Shown piece after piece: positions 60,528-64,000 of a DNA stretch of 64,000 bases. The notes below the pieces were generated by a model. The model was not told the origin of the DNA. It made no database searches and was given only the letters and a program-made list of their open reading frames with translations. The stretch is from the human T2T-CHM13v2.0 reference genome, Homo sapiens. Position numbers and translations under genes: made by a program. The first letter of the stretch is position 1. Each line of letters starts with the position of its first letter. The stretch is from assembly GCF_009914755.1 (NCBI RefSeq), contig NC_060929.1; one strand, given 5' to 3'.

Positions 60528-62232
60528 ATGGGAAACACTCCTAATACAACAGGGAAAGATAAGGACGGGGATAGTCAGATCACCTCCAACAGTCCTTTAG
60601 GTCTCATGCTAAAATATTGGGAGGAGAAGGAGAGGACTAGGCACAAGAAAAAGCAACAGATGGTAAAATATTGTTGTTTCATCTGGGCCAAGGAACCCAT
60701 CCTCAAATCTGCCATCTTCTAGCCAAAATATGGATCAGCTGAGGCTTGGGTCTGTCAACTTTTAATTCAGTATGTGAATGACAAAATTCCAGTCGCGCAG
60801 GAAGAAACAGACTATGCTCTCTGCTGGAGAAAAGAACCTGTTCTCCTCTTTCCCCTAAAGAATGCAGGGGAAGCATCAGATTTCACACTCCCCAAAGTAG
60901 GCATAGTAAAACCAACCCCTAGGCAGAGGACTCCCTATGCCTGGGACCCTCTTAAACCACCTTCTCCTGTTTAATTCCCCACGTCTTGACCTGCCCCCTT
61001 CCCAGGCAGCTGCTGCCACCCCAGACCCAGTCCCAGATCCTTCTCCTACTCCTATTATTCCTCCCCCTTATAAATCTGACTCTTGGGAATTACCACCACC
61101 CCATGAGTCTGCTCCTTGTCAGCCTAAGTATCCTTCCCTAAAGGGACTACAACGTGAAGTACAGCAATGTAAAAAAGATATTCAAAATCTTCCTTTCCCC
61201 TCTACCTCTAAGGAATCAGCTCCAACTATCTTCCCTTTGAGAGAGGTGCCCCAGGGAGGAGGAGCTATTGGCTTTGTAAATGCTCCTTTGACTAGTTCAG
61301 AAGTTAGAGGTTTAAGGAAAGAATTTAAGCCATTGCTAGATGACCCATATGGGGTAGCAGACCAAATTAATCAATTCCTAGGCCCCCAGTTATATACGTG
61401 GGCTGAATTAATGTCTATCCTGGGTATCTTCTCAGGGAAAGAAAGGGCGATGGTTCGCAGGGCTGTTATGACAGCTTGAGAACATGAACACCCTCCCAGC
61501 CCAAACGTTCCTGCAGCAGACCAGAAATTCCTGGCCCAAGATCCTGAATGGGAAAATAACAAAGCAGTACACTGGGAAAACATGAAAGATCTCAGGGAAA
61601 TGATAATTAAAGGAACTCAAGAGTCAGTGCCCCTCACTCTGAATCTTTCCTGACATACAACAAGAAAAAGATGAAGGCCCCATGAAATTTCTACAAAGAC
61701 TAAGGGAACAAATAAGGAAATATGCAGATTTAGATCCAGAAGACCCTCTCAGGCAAGGAATGTTAAAGCTACATTTTGCAATAAATAGCTGGTCAGACAT
61801 AGCAAAGAAGTTGCAGAAACTAGAAAACTGGAAAAATCAGTCCATAGAGGAACTCCTAGGAGAAGCCCAAAAAGTGTGTGAGGAGAGATGAAGAAAAGCA
61901 AAAACAAAAAATGAAACTTATGCTATCCACCTTCCAACAGATGGCTTCAAGCCCATATGTTTTTAAACAGAGACTCTGGGTGGGGCAGGAATTATAAAGG
62001 GTCCAAACCCCTGTTTGGAGGACCCAAGCCTCCAACTAGGGGACCTGGACCCTCAGTTACCAGGCCCTCTAAAGAGTATGGAGGAGCAACGTCAAAGAAT
62101 CCCGGAACTGAGGGAGAGGAAGAATAGAATAGGTGCTTCAAATGTGGAAGAGCAGGCCACTTCAAAAGAGAATGCCCCCAGTGGGAAAAAGAAAAAGAAA
62201 TTGTTCTGCTCATGGCATTCAAGGAGGAATAA
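60528..62232 (+). pseudogene. gag: ERV gag, disrupted
   Basis: MG start with SPLGLMLKYW, PPPY late motif (61060-61071), capsid fragments, and CCHC knuckle CFKCGRAGHFKREC (62134-62175); several stops and frameshifts. Confidence 0.92.
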
Positions 62233-64000
62233 GGAGGTCAGGGGCTCTGTCTTTTCTATCTCAAGTCCCACCAAGAGCTCTTGATAAATTTAGAGGTGGG
62301 ACCCAAACATAAGCTTATCACCTTTTTAATAGATTCAGGGGCTGCTGGTTCCTCTGTTTGCTATCGGCCCTCTAATATAAACTGCTCATTAGGGGAACTT
62401 CTTGTCTCAGGGGTGAAAGGGGAAGGATTTAAAGCCAAAGTTTTAGAAGAAACAAAAGTTAAATACAAAAATCAATCAGCCAGTATTAAATTCCTGCTAA
62501 TCCCTGAAGCAGGAACAAACCTGTTAGGAAGAGACCTGATGTTAATACTAGGCATAGGCCTGCATGCCTGCCCTGAAGGATTTTTCACTTCATTGAACCT
62601 GCTCACCACCACAGAAAAAAGTTACATTCATCCCAATGTGTGGTCAAAAGAAGGGAACCAAGGGAAACTAAGAATCTCCCCCAGTTCATATAAAGTTGAA
62701 AACCCCTGGGGAAATAGTAAGGAGAAGGCAATATCCAATTCCTCTAGAAGGCAGGATAGGCCTGAAAACTGTGATTGAAGGTCTTGTTCAGGATAAGTTA
62801 CTTGAACCCTGTATGTCTCCATATAATACTCCTATATTACCTGTAAAGAAATCAGATGGGTCATATCAACTAGTAAAAGACCTCTGGGCCATGAACCAAA
62901 TAGTCCAAACCACTCACCCTATTGTCCCCAATCCATATACTATCCTCAGCAACATTCCATATGACCATCAGTGGTTTACAGTAATAGATTTAAAGGATGC
63001 CTTTTGGGCATGTCCCTTAGCTGAAGACAGCCAAGACATACTTGCTTTTGAATGTGAAGATCCTCATTCAGGGCGGAAGCAACAATACTGCTGGATGGTC
63101 CTGCTCCAAGGATTTACAGACTCTCCTAACCTGTTTGGCTAAATTCTTGAACAAATTTTAGGGAAGATATCTGTCCCAGAGTCTATATACATGCTCCAAT
63201 ATGTAGATGACATACTTGTGTCTGGGGAAACTCATAGAACAAGGATCTGATTTCTTCATCAGTCTTCTCAATCACCTGGAAGGGGAGGGATTACAGGTAT
63301 CAAAGGGGAAGCTCCAATTCGTATAGCCTGAAGTATTTAGGGCACTTGATAAGTGCAGGCAAGCGAAGAATAGGACCCAAAAGAGTTGAAGGAATTGTGT
63401 CCTTACCCCTGCCTAGTACAAAACAAGAGCTTAGAAAATTTTTAGGGCTAGTTGGATATTGCCACTTGTGGATTGATTCAGATGCTCCAAAAGTCAAGTC
63501 TCTGGACTCCAAGCTTACCAAGAAAAACCCCACCCCCTCCGTGGGGCCCCAGAGGAAGTCAATGATTTTAAAGAATTGAAACATTTACCCATAACTGCCC
63601 CTGTTTTAGCTCTGCCTTCCCTCAAACAACCATTTCACCTGTTTGTCAATGTAAATAAGGGAGTAGCTTTAGGAGTGCTTACCCAAGAACATGGGGGCCA
63701 CTGGCAGCCCGTGGCCTTTTTGTCAAAAATTCTAGATCCAGTAACCTGTGGATGGCCCAAATGTATTCAATCTATAGCGGCCACTACTTTGTTGATTGAG
63801 GAAAGTAGAAAGCTAACCTTTGGGGGAAAATGAATTGTTAGCACACCTCATCAAGTTAGAACAATGTTAAACCCAAAGGCAGGTAAATGGCTTACAGACT
63901 CAAGAATTTTAAAATAAGAAGCCATTCTATTAGAAAAAGGTGACCTCACCCTCACCACTAACAGTGCCCTTAACCCTGCTGCTTTCCTAACTGGGAATCC
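62233..64000 (+). pseudogene. pol: ERV pro-pol, disrupted
   Basis: FLIDSGA and NLLGRDL (protease); DLKDAF, QGFTDSP and YVDD at 63200-63211 (RT); LRKFLGLVGYC thumb region; frameshifts and stops. Confidence 0.93.

Larger units (their letters stand above)
59471..64000 (+). mobile_element. Class I (gamma-like) endogenous retrovirus, HERV-I/HERVIP10-like, cut by the window end
   Basis: LTR-PBS-leader-gag-pro-pol order. Confidence 0.9.

Overview
AT-rich, gene-poor hominoid genomic DNA, most likely human or great ape given the L1PA2-, AluY- and LTR12-type elements. Most of the window is interspersed repeat. I found no convincing host protein-coding gene, RNA gene or CRISPR array, and no evidence of a new biological system; every long ORF belongs to a retroelement. 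Main contents: an ERV-L pro/pol relic (about 3.0-5.2 kb); a 5'-truncated L1PA3-like element; a 5'-inverted (twin-primed) L1PA4/5-like element; a full-length but disabled L1PA2-like element (35196-41227) whose antisense ORF0 is frameshifted and extended; an old L1M element carrying four nested insertions and an internal deletion; several solo LTRs (THE1, MST/MLT, MER57, LTR12, MER4); and the 5' part of a HERV-I/HERVIP10-type provirus that runs off the window end. The most interesting signals not explained by repeat annotation are a perfect RFX X-box palindrome with an adjacent CCAAT box at about 14.97-15.01 kb, a ~95-bp locally templated duplication with fold-back repair scars (52.05 and 54.58 kb), and a candidate non-coding exon at 19396-19533 (minus strand). 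Repeat family and subfamily names come from my recall of consensus sequences, not from a database search, and boundaries of old elements are approximate.
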